Both the position numbers and the translations under genes were made by a program. The notes under the pieces were generated by a model. The model did not search any database, was not told where the DNA came from, and was given only the letters and a program-made list of their open reading frames with translations. Shown here in pieces: positions 10,392 through 19,661 of a DNA stretch of 64,000 bases (position 1 is the stretch's first letter; each line of letters begins with the position of its first letter). The stretch lies in contig CAWBPN010000001.1 of the NCBI GenBank assembly GCA_963790715.1, positions 11,902 through 75,901 of the forward strand, given 5' to 3'. The stretch comes from an uncultured Bacteroidales bacterium (GTDB lineage: Bacteria; Bacteroidota; Bacteroidia; Bacteroidales; Bacteroidaceae).

Positions 10392-11126
10392 TCATCCCTC
10401 CATTATTTTTACTATCTTCTCACATACAGCCCAATGGTATGAGTCAAATAAAATTTGATTTAATTGTCGGCAATTATCATCTACATCATCAACATTTATA
10501 GTCCCATCTCTTTCTATCGTTGAATCCAAAATGATCTGTCCTTCATCTTTTGCCTTTACGTCAGTACCTTTTATGAATCCGTATTTTAATTTTAATGCAA
10601 TTTGCTCATCAATATCAAAAGACTTTTCACTTATACATTGTATTATATTCTTATTTTCAGATGAATTAAACATATCATTTGATAATAACTCTTTTGAAAA
10701 TATGCTCTTTAATAAACATTCCATTGAAAGTTTTTGATCTTTATATGGCCACACATCATATTTTCTGATAATTATTCCATTTAAAGAATTTCCGACCACA
10801 TTTCGAATAAAATCAAGTCCTATAGACAAAAAAGGGCTAACCGATTCATCAAAGCTTTTATAATTTTTTCTCCCAATCATCAGCTCAAAGAAGTTTTCGG
10901 TAAAATTGAGACTTGTTTGCATGTTGTTAGCAAATATTCTTAAACCATTTTTTGTATTATCATCAAGTTTCAAATTAAACTTATCTTCAACAAATGCTTC
11001 TAAGGCTTTTTGCTTATCCTTATTCTCATGATACTTAATAGGACCGAAACACAACTTTACTCTTACATTCTGTAAAAATGTATTCTTGTAAACTTTATGT
11101 TCTATTTTTTGAAAAGGATATTCCAT
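10392..11126 (-). CDS. Hypothetical protein, first gene of the 3-gene operon (possibly TIGR04255-like, unverified)
   Basis: The start was moved to Met12 (MEYPFQKIEH..) because a TATCTTTG -7 motif lies at 11145-11152, inside the longer ORF. Size (about 244 aa) and N-terminal pattern resemble the TIGR04255 family, but only by recollection. Confidence 0.45.
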   Translation of the reverse strand: MEYPFQKIEHKVYKNTFLQNVRVKLCFGPIKYHENKDKQKALEAFVEDKFNLKLDDNTKNGLRIFANNMQTSLNFTENFFELMIGRKNYKSFDESVSPFLSIGLDFIRNVVGNSLNGIIIRKYDVWPYKDQKLSMECLLKSIFSKELLSNDMFNSSENKNIIQCISEKSFDIDEQIALKLKYGFIKGTDVKAKDEGQIILDSTIERDGTINVDDVDDNCRQLNQILFDSYHWAVCEKIVKIMEG

Positions 11127-11144
11127 TATTAATATTTTATACCA

Positions 11145-11152
11145 CAAAGATA
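11145..11152 (-). promoter_or_regulatory. -7 promoter motif (TATCTTTG) for the 3-gene operon
   Basis: The minus strand reads TATCTTTG, 18 nt upstream of the ATG at 11126. Confidence 0.5.
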
Positions 11153-11254
11153 AATTCATTTATTCCAACGCACAAGTATTTTATGAAAAATATATAACGA
11201 AAACTCCGATAGAAGTTGATACGACAAACGTATCTAGAGTTATTTTTGTTTACA

Positions 11255-12487
11255 TTATAGTATCGTATGTGATAGAGTAGAAGATAAAAAATCACGTATA
11301 TATATGTGCTCAACGCCGTCATACGTGTTTTCAAATGTTTTTTCCCCTGAGACAACGATCTTCGGGTAATTATCTTTTATCGCCAGCAGATTGCCGAATT
11401 CTCTTTCGATAGTATCCTGTTTCGATAGTTCGGCAGCAACCTGCACATATAATGTTTCACCTTTACGGCGACAAACGAAATCAATTTCCTGCTGCCCGAA
11501 ACATCCCACTTTCACATCATAGCCACAATATACCAAATGGTTATAAACCAGATTTTCCAGTCTCATTCCTCTGTCCTGAGGCTTATATCCGGCAATAGCA
11601 TTACGTATACCCATATTTTCAAAATAATATTTATCGCCTCTTTCAAAAATCTTCTTACCTGCTATATCATACCTGCCAACTTTATGCACGATATAAGCAT
11701 CCGACAAAGCCTGTGCATAATCGCTAACCGCCATTGAAGAAACGCCGATATGTTGACTTTTAAGAAAGTCGCTTATGCTTTTAGCCGAGAAGATATTTCC
11801 AATATTACCGGCAAGAAAAGCTACGAGCTGCTCCAGAAACACGGTGTTACGTATTTTCTTTCTGTTTATCACATCCTTAAGTATAATCGTAGAATAAATG
11901 TTATTGTTATATTCCATTATGATATCTTCTTCTAAAGGCAAATGTATGATATAAGGCAGCCCTCCGAAATGAATATATTTTTCAAGAGTAGTGTCATCAT
12001 TAGGTAAATCCATGAAATCGATAAATTCCATGTATGACAAACTGTAAATAGTAAACTCTATATACCTTCCACCAAGCATATTTGCCAAGTCGGTAGAAAA
12101 CACCTCGGAATTGCTACCGGTCACATATATGTCATTATTTTCATCTAATGCCAGCGAGCGTATTGCTATTCTGAAATCAGCAATTTCCTGTATTTCGTCA
12201 ACAAAGATATAATTCATTTTGTTTTTCACACTGTTTGAAAGCACGAAATCATTTAAATCCTTAGCAGTTTTTAAGTCGGTAAAAGATATATCCTCCTTGT
12301 TTATATATATTATGTTGGCTTCCGGTTCTTCATTGCATATCAATTCCATGAGTTGAAAAAATATAAAACTCTTTCCGGCACGACGATGTCCGGTCAATAC
12401 TTTGACTATGCTTTTACGCATAAACGGCTTAATACGTTCAATATAACGATTGCGTTGTTTTATACATTTCGGAAATTTGATATTCAT
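11255..12487 (-). CDS. AAA+ ATPase with C-terminal DUF4143 (PD-(D/E)xK-like) domain
   Basis: 410 aa with Walker A GHRRAGKS, Walker B IFVDEIQ and the C-terminal motif ..QEIDFVCRRKGETLYVQV.. A TATATTTG motif lies at 12516-12523 (minus strand), 28 nt upstream. Confidence 0.85.
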   Translation of the reverse strand: MNIKFPKCIKQRNRYIERIKPFMRKSIVKVLTGHRRAGKSFIFFQLMELICNEEPEANIIYINKEDISFTDLKTAKDLNDFVLSNSVKNKMNYIFVDEIQEIADFRIAIRSLALDENNDIYVTGSNSEVFSTDLANMLGGRYIEFTIYSLSYMEFIDFMDLPNDDTTLEKYIHFGGLPYIIHLPLEEDIIMEYNNNIYSTIILKDVINRKKIRNTVFLEQLVAFLAGNIGNIFSAKSISDFLKSQHIGVSSMAVSDYAQALSDAYIVHKVGRYDIAGKKIFERGDKYYFENMGIRNAIAGYKPQDRGMRLENLVYNHLVYCGYDVKVGCFGQQEIDFVCRRKGETLYVQVAAELSKQDTIEREFGNLLAIKDNYPKIVVSGEKTFENTYDGVEHIYIRDFLSSTLSHTIL

Positions 12488-12742
12488 AAATTTAAATCAT
12501 AATTGAAATACATTGCAAATATAGCAATTATTTAAATCATAATTGAAATTCATCCAACAAATTGCTGTCATTTAAATTACAGTTTAAGTTAAGCGGCGAG
12601 CTTCTCGATCAGATACATAAGGTCAGAATGATTTTCGACGGTTTGGATTTAAGTCCTTTAGCACTAGAGGTCTTTGAGTATCACTTCTTTCAAAATTGTG
12701 AAATATTTATCATGTTTTTTACTTATGTGCGACTATATTAAG

Positions 12743-12750
12743 TATCTTTG
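12743..12750 (+). promoter_or_regulatory. -7 promoter motif (TATCTTTG) for the 12780-13606 gene pair
   Basis: The plus strand reads agTATCTTTGcagaaag, 29 nt upstream of the ATG at 12780. Confidence 0.5.
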
Positions 12751-12779
12751 CAGAAAGAAAACAAAGAGGAGGATTTATC

Positions 12780-12968
12780 ATGGGAATAGATAATTCAAAA
12801 TATTTTGCTCAAAAAGCTGCTGATGAATTGAAGCAGAAGCAAGAAAGAGAAGAGAAAAGGAAAGCTTTTTATGATAAAATTACATCTTCAAGAAAAGAAG
12901 CAGTTAAGTCTCTTCAAGAAGCTGGTATATATAATAGAAGAGGTCATTTAGCGAAAGAGTATAAATGA
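12780..12968 (+). CDS. Small charged helical protein, putative antitoxin/partner
   Basis: 62 aa and Lys/Glu-rich. Its stop overlaps the start of the next gene (ATGA). Confidence 0.4.
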   Translation: MGIDNSKYFAQKAADELKQKQEREEKRKAFYDKITSSRKEAVKSLQEAGIYNRRGHLAKEYK

Positions 12969-13606
12969 AAGAAGAAAGCCTTTATTCTATTCGTCCTAAT
13001 TTATTGTTAGGTTTTCATGGTACCGATATAGAGACGGCTACGAAAGTTATTGAGGGTAATAATGATTTGATTCCAAGTATGAATACGTATGACTGGTTAG
13101 GTCATGGAATTTATTTTTGGGAAAATAATGAGAAGCGGGCTTGGGATTTTGCAGAAAAAATCGTAAAGGAAGGTAAAACTCCAGCTGTAATAGGAGCAGT
13201 TATTGATTTAGGATATTGTATGGATCTAATAGATTCAGCATATTTGGAGGAACTACAAGAAGATTATTCTTTTTTCAAAGAGGCGATTGGTGATGGTGAT
13301 ATGCCTCAAAATAAGGTAACAAAATCAGGAGAAGTAATGAAAAGAGATCTTGATTGCGCTGTTATCCAGTATGCTCATCTTATAAATTTGAAAACAGAAC
13401 AACCTGCATATGATTCAGTACGTGGAGTTTTTTGGGAAGGAGATATCCTTTATCCAGGTACTACATTACGTGAAAAGAATCATATACAAATTTGTATAAG
13501 AAATTCTAATTGTATAAAAGGTTATTTTTGGCCGAAAATGAAAACCTGTGGACAAATAGAAGATTTAAGAAATGAATTAGAAAATAAACTGAACAAAGGA
13601 GAATAA
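12965..13606 (+). CDS. DUF3990/PARP-like (H-Y-type ADP-ribosyltransferase fold) candidate toxin
   Basis: 213 aa. The motifs GFHGTD and GHGIYFWEN resemble the HGS...GxGxYF core of DUF3990 and PARP-type folds. No clear catalytic Glu was identified. Confidence 0.4.
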   Translation: MKEESLYSIRPNLLLGFHGTDIETATKVIEGNNDLIPSMNTYDWLGHGIYFWENNEKRAWDFAEKIVKEGKTPAVIGAVIDLGYCMDLIDSAYLEELQEDYSFFKEAIGDGDMPQNKVTKSGEVMKRDLDCAVIQYAHLINLKTEQPAYDSVRGVFWEGDILYPGTTLREKNHIQICIRNSNCIKGYFWPKMKTCGQIEDLRNELENKLNKGE

Positions 13607-13696
13607 GCTTTATTCTTTACAAAAATATTACATCCAATAAATTACAGTTTAAGTTATCTTTAGCCGGGAAAAATAAGATTTGTCCTATAGAAGTTT

Positions 13697-14068
13697 TTAC
13701 ATGTTAAGCTTAGACAGAAAATTATTCAAATCATCAACATTAGTGAAAGATACTACGGATGCATTTTGAGAAGAACGTTTTTTATTTTCTCCGTTCTGTG
13801 TATTACTTACAGCATTGAAGATAGCTTGTATATCACTTGATATATTTATGTTTTCTACATGAATATTATTTTCAAGTGTATTATGATTTTTAATGAATAT
13901 GTTGTAGTATTCATCAATGAAGCTACGGGTGGCATAAGTAACTTTTGAAAAGTCGACCTTAACATCATTCATATTGAGGTTCTTTATATAAAGAGCAAAA
14001 TCACTTACATAAGAACGTGATTTTAATTCTTGCCCAAGTATTGCTGTTATATCAATTGAATTATTCAT
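13697..14068 (-). CDS. DUF4325 (STAS-like) domain protein
   Basis: 123 aa. ..VKVDFSKVTYATRSFIDEYYN.. matches the DUF4325 core pattern (xDFxGVxxxSxSFxDE). Confidence 0.45.
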   Translation of the reverse strand: MNNSIDITAILGQELKSRSYVSDFALYIKNLNMNDVKVDFSKVTYATRSFIDEYYNIFIKNHNTLENNIHVENINISSDIQAIFNAVSNTQNGENKKRSSQNASVVSFTNVDDLNNFLSKLNM

Positions 14069-14101
14069 GATGAATACAAAAATAATAATTTTTTATGAAT
14101 A

Positions 14102-15595
14102 TCACAACACCCCGCATTTTCTAATTGTCAGCATCACGCCTGTATTATTCCCCATCATGCTGCCACGATCCATCCCTGCAGAGCCGATAAAGCTCCATCC
14201 GGCCATCTTGCGAGGATTATATGTCATCTCAAATAGAGTAGAAACATCTCTCTTTACGGCAGGATATGCACCATGAGTTGTCGAGAACAGATGCTCATAT
14301 CTGCCCCAGTTGCGAGTGTACGATGCCAGAATGCGATATGACAGCTCATCTGTAGGATTGCCTGATATGCCTATATGGCGTGCAGTTAACCTGTTACTTT
14401 GAAAAGTTAATGAATGATCATCATTATATATTGGCGACATAAACAGAGGATTACCTAATGCCATTCCCCAATGAGCCCAACTCATGTAATATCCATGATT
14501 GTAGTAGTCATCACCTCCTGCTATGCGAATATGCTCATTTCCGTTCTTGTCTTTCACAAATAGAGGTCCCGATTGATCCATGCTACCGAAATATTCCATC
14601 ACTACTTTACTTACGATTCTGTTTTTCGGAAAAGTTACTTCAAGACCGATTAATCCGTCTCTCCACGGATATTTGCCCGACATCATCGATTGATCCTCAT
14701 AATAATGTTCGTAATACGGATGAATTTCCCAGTTGCCTATCTTGTCTTCTAATGAAAGGTGATAGCATCCTAGCATATTACCTTCAATATTTTCTTGATC
14801 ACTAACGGTAGTGTTACTCCCTCCTTTACCCGGAAATAACGCCTTGAAATAATCGACAAGCCCTTCAGGCATTTTTTCTTTTGTACCGTTGCTGCAATAA
14901 TGTGTACCTCCAAATTGACAATACATAGACATTCCCATTTCAAAACTCAGTGACAGTCTTTTTGGATCTGCAATTTTCAGAAACAGTGCTTTAGAGTGGT
15001 ATAGCACATTTGATACATGATCTCCATATAAACCTGCAAAATGCTTCTGCCAGCCGCCGTCAGTGAACCATCCGTAAGCTATATGTCCTCTGGCGCTTAG
15101 CCAACCTTTGGTATAAGGCACCGTGACATAATCCGGAAGTTCGACTCTTATTTGCGGTATAGGGCGTGCATTGCCCGAGAAGTCGAGTTCTCCGCTTGAT
15201 AGTTGTTGGTTAACCAATTCCCCGTTGCGTTCCTTGCTTCCCATGCTCAATTGCATAACACGGTATTTCAAATCCAGATACGCCTGCTGCACAAACATAT
15301 CGGCATTCAAGTTGTGAGCACCTACAAGTTCAAGTCCATAAGCATAGCTTATTTTTTTATTGTTTTGTGGCGTCATAGGTTTAAATATACCTGCATCTAT
15401 ATATGCGTTATTCTTTTCTATTGACGACAACCCTTGTTTATTGGCGTTCAACCAAAGCGGAGAATGATCTCCATGACTTACGTTTACTTCACCCTCAACC
15501 TTATAAGTTATTTGAGCCGAAGCATTCGAGAAGTTCGATAGAGACAGTGCAAATAATATGTTTATTTGCATCATTGTTTTTGTTTTTAATTTCAT
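14102..15595 (-). CDS. Capsule assembly Wzi-family outer membrane protein (probable)
   Basis: 497 aa with a signal peptide, the N-terminal pattern GDHSPLWLNANKQGLSS, and beta-barrel-like alternating sequence. Lies just downstream of the CPS operon terminator. Confidence 0.55.
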   Translation of the reverse strand: MKLKTKTMMQINILFALSLSNFSNASAQITYKVEGEVNVSHGDHSPLWLNANKQGLSSIEKNNAYIDAGIFKPMTPQNNKKISYAYGLELVGAHNLNADMFVQQAYLDLKYRVMQLSMGSKERNGELVNQQLSSGELDFSGNARPIPQIRVELPDYVTVPYTKGWLSARGHIAYGWFTDGGWQKHFAGLYGDHVSNVLYHSKALFLKIADPKRLSLSFEMGMSMYCQFGGTHYCSNGTKEKMPEGLVDYFKALFPGKGGSNTTVSDQENIEGNMLGCYHLSLEDKIGNWEIHPYYEHYYEDQSMMSGKYPWRDGLIGLEVTFPKNRIVSKVVMEYFGSMDQSGPLFVKDKNGNEHIRIAGGDDYYNHGYYMSWAHWGMALGNPLFMSPIYNDDHSLTFQSNRLTARHIGISGNPTDELSYRILASYTRNWGRYEHLFSTTHGAYPAVKRDVSTLFEMTYNPRKMAGWSFIGSAGMDRGSMMGNNTGVMLTIRKCGVL

Positions 15596-15729
15596 AAACT
15601 TTCGCTTTCTTTTATTGTCTAGTATAGTCTGTTACTATTCATACTGATACAACTTATTAATTATTTCAAGCGCAAATTTACGATTAGTTTGAATACTTGC
15701 AAAGAATATGGTTGTTTTTTATAACATAA

Positions 15730-15767
15730 AAAATCCGATAAGCAGTGTTGTTAGCTTATCGGATTTT
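15730..15767. terminator. Intrinsic terminator ending the CPS operon
   Basis: AAAATCCGATAAGC-(10 nt)-GCTTATCGGATTTT, a 14-bp stem. On the minus strand it is followed by a T-run. Lies 47 nt after the gmhB stop. Confidence 0.7.
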
Positions 15768-15813
15768 ATATTATAAATGTTTATGCTATTTTATAAAAGT
15801 TGTATAATGGATC

Positions 15814-16284
15814 TCATTTACATTGTATTCCATTAATTCCGCAATTCTTGGCAAACAGCATATCGCTTTTGCTGTCACCTACCATTAGTGATGTCTCGCG
15901 CTTTATGTCAGAGAAATCCTTAATAGCATGGAGAAACATCCCCGTATTAGGCTTTCTGTCAGGGTCAGCATCTGTTAGAGCTGTGCAATAATATATCTTG
16001 TCAACACGTCCTCCGTGACGTTCTATTTCAGATACCATCATGCTGTGAACATCATTCAAGTCATCTTCGCTCATTACACCCTTACCTATTCCGCGTTGAT
16101 TAGTCACGATTATTATGTGTTTGAAATGTTTATTCCATTTAGCGAAAGCATCAAACACGCCAGGTAAGAATTCAAACTCCTTACGGCACTTCACATAATC
16201 GCCAAGTAAATGTTTGTTTATCACACCGTCACGGTCTATGAAAAGCGTGTCATATCCGTCTATCTCTATATCCTGTAAATTCAT
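15814..16284 (-). CDS. gmhB: D-glycero-D-manno-heptose 1,7-bisphosphate phosphatase (HAD-IIIA)
   Basis: 156 aa with DRDGVIN, VTNQ and GDSKSD HAD motifs. Sits with the gmhA/hddA/hddC genes. Confidence 0.8.
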   Translation of the reverse strand: MNLQDIEIDGYDTLFIDRDGVINKHLLGDYVKCRKEFEFLPGVFDAFAKWNKHFKHIIIVTNQRGIGKGVMSEDDLNDVHSMMVSEIERHGGRVDKIYYCTALTDADPDRKPNTGMFLHAIKDFSDIKRETSLMVGDSKSDMLFAKNCGINGIQCK

Positions 16285-16994
16285 TTGTCGGTAAATAAAA
16301 GCGGAAAATCCGCCTGAGCCTTTGAGTAATCCTTAGGAATACCTATGTCAATGAAATAACCGTCATATTCAAAACCATATATGTTGTTGCTTTTAATGCC
16401 GGGTTCCAACACTTCTGTTTCAAAAGAGAAGCTATCCGGCATTTCATTCATATCGGTTTTTGACTTATTGACCATATATACTCCACCGTTTATCAAACCT
16501 TTTTCGCAGTATGCCTTTTCATGAAACTCCTTAATGACGTTTTGCGGGTCGGTTATAACCTTACCATAACGGTCAAACTTTTCCATAGGTTTCAATGCAA
16601 TGGAAACTGAAGCGGAGCATGACGTATGTTGATTATAGAATTTATCCAAATCAATATTAAAGTAGGTATCGCCATTTAAGATGCAAACATCATTGCCCCT
16701 GGTTTTCGATAAGGCCAGCTTTATACCCCCGCCCGTACCTAACGGCACGGTTTCAACAGCGTATGTATATTCAAATGGAAAATCGCTTCCTGCCTTATCC
16801 ATCCAATCAATGATTACAGAACGTAAATAGCCTACTGACAGAATTATGCGGTCGATTCTATAGCGTGACAGATATTTCAATATGTACCAAAGGAACGGTT
16901 TGCCTGCAACCGGTGCCATACATTTAGGTATTTCATTACCTATGGCAGAACGTAAACGAGTACCCAATCCTCCGGCCAATATTATGACTTCCAT
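16281..16994 (-). CDS. hddC: D-glycero-alpha-D-manno-heptose 1-phosphate guanylyltransferase-like nucleotidyltransferase
   Basis: 237 aa with the N-terminal ILAGGLGTRL sugar-nucleotidyltransferase motif. The operon context supplies the rest of the call. Confidence 0.7.
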   Translation of the reverse strand: MEVIILAGGLGTRLRSAIGNEIPKCMAPVAGKPFLWYILKYLSRYRIDRIILSVGYLRSVIIDWMDKAGSDFPFEYTYAVETVPLGTGGGIKLALSKTRGNDVCILNGDTYFNIDLDKFYNQHTSCSASVSIALKPMEKFDRYGKVITDPQNVIKEFHEKAYCEKGLINGGVYMVNKSKTDMNEMPDSFSFETEVLEPGIKSNNIYGFEYDGYFIDIGIPKDYSKAQADFPLLFTDK

Positions 16995-17596
16995 TATTCT
17001 TGGTTTGAGGGATTCATGTCGCCGAAGATATTCTCCTCAACGATGCAGCAAATGATATGTCCAATCAGAGTTTGGCATTCCTGTATACGCGGAGTTTCTG
17101 TGCTGGGAACCTTTATTACGATGTCGTAATCATCCATTTTGCAAGGATTAGCACCTGTCAATGCCACAGTTATAATACCTTTTTCCTTGCATACAGGCAA
17201 AGCTTCAACCAAGTTCTTTGAATTGCCTGAAGTGGATATTCCGATAAATACATCACCTTTGTTGCCTTGAGCCTGAACTTGGCGTGCAAAAAGCTTTTCG
17301 TAGCCGTAATCATTACCGATGGCAGTCAGTATTGATGTGTCTGTCGTTAAAGCGATAGAAGGTAGTCCCGGTCTATTAAAATAGAACTTGCTTACCATTT
17401 CACCTGCCAGATGTTGTGCATCGGCCGCACTACCGCCATTACCGGCAAACATCGTTTTATGACCTTCTTTATATGCTTTTGTGCAAGCGTCGGCTGCTTT
17501 TGCTATCAATTGCAATGTCACTTCATCATGCAGCAAAGCATTTTTGGTTAGCATTGAATCCTCAACCTGCTTTTTTACTATATCTAATGCATTCAT
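16994..17596 (-). CDS. gmhA: Phosphoheptose (sedoheptulose-7-P) isomerase, SIS domain
   Basis: 200 aa with GNGGSAADAQH and ISTSGNS motifs. Confidence 0.85.
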   Translation of the reverse strand: MNALDIVKKQVEDSMLTKNALLHDEVTLQLIAKAADACTKAYKEGHKTMFAGNGGSAADAQHLAGEMVSKFYFNRPGLPSIALTTDTSILTAIGNDYGYEKLFARQVQAQGNKGDVFIGISTSGNSKNLVEALPVCKEKGIITVALTGANPCKMDDYDIVIKVPSTETPRIQECQTLIGHIICCIVEENIFGDMNPSNQE

Positions 17597-17609
17597 TGTT
17601 TCCTAATAT

Positions 17610-18656
17610 CTATTTTTGTACTTTATCAGTAGGATAAATCTTCCAACCATGGGCACCACCTTCCGTGAACTGGAACGGTAATACAAATCCCTGTAATTTG
17701 TTCAGAGCCTTTACAACCGCCACTTTCTTTATCGGTTTCACCACAAACATAATGAAACCGCCACCGCCTGCACCTGAAACTTTTCCGGCGATAGCTCCGG
17801 CTTCAATAGCCGTATCCATAACTTCTTGAATCATGGTGTTGGTAATTGCGTCAGCAGTTTTCTTTTTGTTCTCCCAAGCCTGTCCCAGAATATTGGCAAA
17901 TTCGGTAATATCACCCTTCAACAATGCCATTTTCATATCCCTTGCGCTCTGTTTTATTTGGTGCATAGCCTCTATTACCTGTTGATTCCCGGAAGAGGTA
18001 TTTTTCTTTTGCTCGTCGATAATTGCCGCACTGCTGCGAGATGCACCCGTATAGTACAGAATCATCGAAGCCTCCAATTCGTCAATTATCCATCGCTTTA
18101 TTTTCAGTGGATTAACGAGAACCAAGTCATTCTTCAGGAACTCCATATAATTGAATCCCCCGAATGCGGCAGCATATTGGTCTTGCTTACCACCGGATAG
18201 TCCCAAATCTATCCTTTCTATTTCGTATGCCAGGCGAGATATTTCATAATCGCCCAAAGGCAAGTTCAGCCATTCCACAAAAGCTTTCAGTATGCACACC
18301 ACCATTGTTGACGAAGTACCCAACCCCGAACCGACCGGAGCATCATTGTATGTGGTAATTTTAAAAGATAACGGCTCCAGGTAATAGTCTTTGATTATCC
18401 TGTTGTAAACGCCCTTTATCAAATTAGCCTTTCCGTCAATAGGCAGCACTTTTGTCGACGTCAAAGTGTCGTGAACATCGTTATCAAAAGCGTCTATGAT
18501 GATTTGATTACCGTTCAATTCCTCAATAGTGCAATAAGCATACAAGTTTATAGTGGCATTAAGGATTAATCCTCCATACGTGTCGCTGTAGGGCGAAACA
18601 TCCGTCCCGCCTCCCGCCAAACCCAAACGCAGAGGAGCTTTACTTCTTATTATCAT
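17610..18656 (-). CDS. hddA: GHMP-family D-glycero-alpha-D-manno-heptose 7-phosphate kinase
   Basis: 348 aa with the GHMP motif [10 protein letters not shown], plus operon context. Confidence 0.75.
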   Translation of the reverse strand: MIIRSKAPLRLGLAGGGTDVSPYSDTYGGLILNATINLYAYCTIEELNGNQIIIDAFDNDVHDTLTSTKVLPIDGKANLIKGVYNRIIKDYYLEPLSFKITTYNDAPVGSGLGTSSTMVVCILKAFVEWLNLPLGDYEISRLAYEIERIDLGLSGGKQDQYAAAFGGFNYMEFLKNDLVLVNPLKIKRWIIDELEASMILYYTGASRSSAAIIDEQKKNTSSGNQQVIEAMHQIKQSARDMKMALLKGDITEFANILGQAWENKKKTADAITNTMIQEVMDTAIEAGAIAGKVSGAGGGGFIMFVVKPIKKVAVVKALNKLQGFVLPFQFTEGGAHGWKIYPTDKVQK

Positions 18657-18697
18657 AGATAAATGTAAATTTAAATTTTGTGTATATTATATGTTTT

Positions 18698-19660
18698 TTA
18701 TTTCAATCCATTACAATCATTATCTTTATACCAATCTTTCAAAGCTTCATCAAAGGTATATTTAAATTTATAACCACTATCAGCTAACTTTTTACCACTT
18801 ATATTTGTAGAGATCATCAGCTTTCTAACTCTTGCTGGGCATATACCCATCGGTGCACCCATTGCTCCAATCAAGTAAGCTATAGGCATAAGCATCCATG
18901 ATGGTATCATAATAAGATGTCTACGCATATTTGTTGTTTTCATCATTGCATTACATATTTGTTCTATTGTGAATGCAGGTTCAAATGTACAATTATATAA
19001 TTCAACACCATTATGGGAGTTTTCGATTTTATACATCATAAAGTGAACTAATTCTTTAACATATATGCAAGCCTTGATTGTATCTTTGCGGCCAGGATAT
19101 AAGAATTTATGTTTACGAATACTCCAATATAAACGGGTAAAGTTGCCGTTTTCCCCTTTCCCAAATACAACACCGGGTCTCAATATTGTTAATTCACGAT
19201 TATTTGTATCTTTAGCCTGCCATATCATATGTATCTTTTCAGCCACTAATTTTGATATTCCGTATGGAGTATTTGGAGTCGGTAATATATCTTCTTTTTT
19301 TAGTTCTTCTGCTGCTCCGTAAGGTGCTATGGAACTAGTGAATATAATTTTTTTTATATTATGTTGTTCCGCAAAAGCTGTGACATTTTCGGCACCTAAA
19401 ATATTTGTCTCAAAATAATCATGGTCAGGATATCCTGGAGTACGATGTACAGCAGCAAAGTTAAATATAATATCATCCGGGGTGACATTAAAAGTAGTAT
19501 GTATTTCTTTGCGCACATCGCATTCAATGTATTTTTGCTTGGAATTATTGCTTTTGACTATATCAAGGTTATATACAATAGCTTTGGGATATAGTTCAAC
19601 AATTATGTTAGTTAAATGAGTCCCAATAAAACCTGTACCACCAAAAATTATATAGTTCAT
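18698..19660 (-). CDS. NAD-dependent epimerase/dehydratase (SDR)
   Basis: 320 aa with GGTGFIG Rossmann motif and YGISK (YxxxK). Confidence 0.8.
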   Translation of the reverse strand: MNYIIFGGTGFIGTHLTNIIVELYPKAIVYNLDIVKSNNSKQKYIECDVRKEIHTTFNVTPDDIIFNFAAVHRTPGYPDHDYFETNILGAENVTAFAEQHNIKKIIFTSSIAPYGAAEELKKEDILPTPNTPYGISKLVAEKIHMIWQAKDTNNRELTILRPGVVFGKGENGNFTRLYWSIRKHKFLYPGRKDTIKACIYVKELVHFMMYKIENSHNGVELYNCTFEPAFTIEQICNAMMKTTNMRRHLIMIPSWMLMPIAYLIGAMGAPMGICPARVRKLMISTNISGKKLADSGYKFKYTFDEALKDWYKDNDCNGLK

Positions 19661-19661
19661 A

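Noticed and set aside
11137-11355. 72-aa minus-strand ORF bridging the ATPase gene end and the 3-gene operon start.
   Set aside because: It overlaps the 3' end of the ATPase gene and the operon promoter motif. It is AT-rich low-complexity sequence with no support.
14067-14276. 69-aa plus-strand ORF, and other plus-strand ORFs (14458-14805, 15203-15597), within the Wzi-like gene.
   Set aside because: They are antisense to a 497-aa ORF with a signal peptide and a family-like N-terminal motif.
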